Of a DNA stretch of 64,000 nucleotides, positions 63,906 through 64,000 are shown piece after piece. The notes beneath the pieces were generated by a model, which saw only the letters and a program-made list of their open reading frames with translations, had not been told where the DNA came from and ran no database searches. This stretch comes from Ascoidea asiatica JCM 7603 (Eukaryota > Fungi > Ascomycota), in contig BCKQ01000002.1 of NCBI GenBank assembly GCA_001600695.1, forward strand, positions 127,523 through 191,522, given 5' to 3'. The first letter of the stretch is position 1. Every line of letters begins with the position of its first letter. Both the position numbers and the translations under genes were made by a program.

Positions 63906-64000
<95 letters not shown>
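63099..64000 (+). CDS. Unlisted ORF (3'-truncated) with tandem RFX-like winged-helix repeats
   Basis: ATG at 63099 with an in-frame TAG at 63093, open to the window end: MSTHQPQE...HLWASLFLEFKKGYIISQKTLWTEYCTFF...FVVKDIAFKKIPLSLQSF...NLWANTNLEFKQGSYTNLNDLWLNYNLHF...N30+. Confidence 0.8.
63906..64000 (+). repeat. (AAT)n microsatellite, in-frame poly-Asn, running off the window
   Basis: More than 30 AAT units. Confidence 0.9.

Overview
AT-rich (roughly 25% GC by eye) budding-yeast (Saccharomycotina) chromosomal window, about two-thirds coding. It holds about 26 protein genes and one intron-containing tRNA-Arg(CCU). Recognisable genes in order: RCY1, RNH203, GSF2, tRNA-Arg(CCU), a Pho85-type cyclin (PCL5/CLG1-like), TRM1, RAD7, RAD23 (2 introns), a GAD/CSAD-like PLP decarboxylase, a truncated EDC3, YSC84/LSB3, PES4/MIP6, TSR4, GEA1/2, TUS1, MMS21, a TMEM70-like protein, a BRD8-like bromodomain protein, VPS74, PET191/COA5 (1 intron), TPS1, KRE28/Sos7 and PEX2. 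Extreme AT content, long (AAT)n poly-Asn tracts and the context of CTG codons suggest an Ascoidea-like CUG-reassigning lineage (inference). No transposon or CRISPR array was seen. Main observations: (1) two unannotated, mutually similar proteins carrying an Rsc9/RFX-like winged-helix domain, one with at least two tandem copies, which may be a lineage-specific DNA-binding family; (2) a hidden spliced orphan membrane-protein gene; (3) an in-frame coding-like extension past the cyclin stop codon; (4) an Edc3 lacking its YjeF_N domain; (5) a BRD8-like gene near MMS21, where S. cerevisiae has EAF5; (6) a recurring intergenic TACAGTA motif. All family assignments come from motif recognition by eye, not from database searches.
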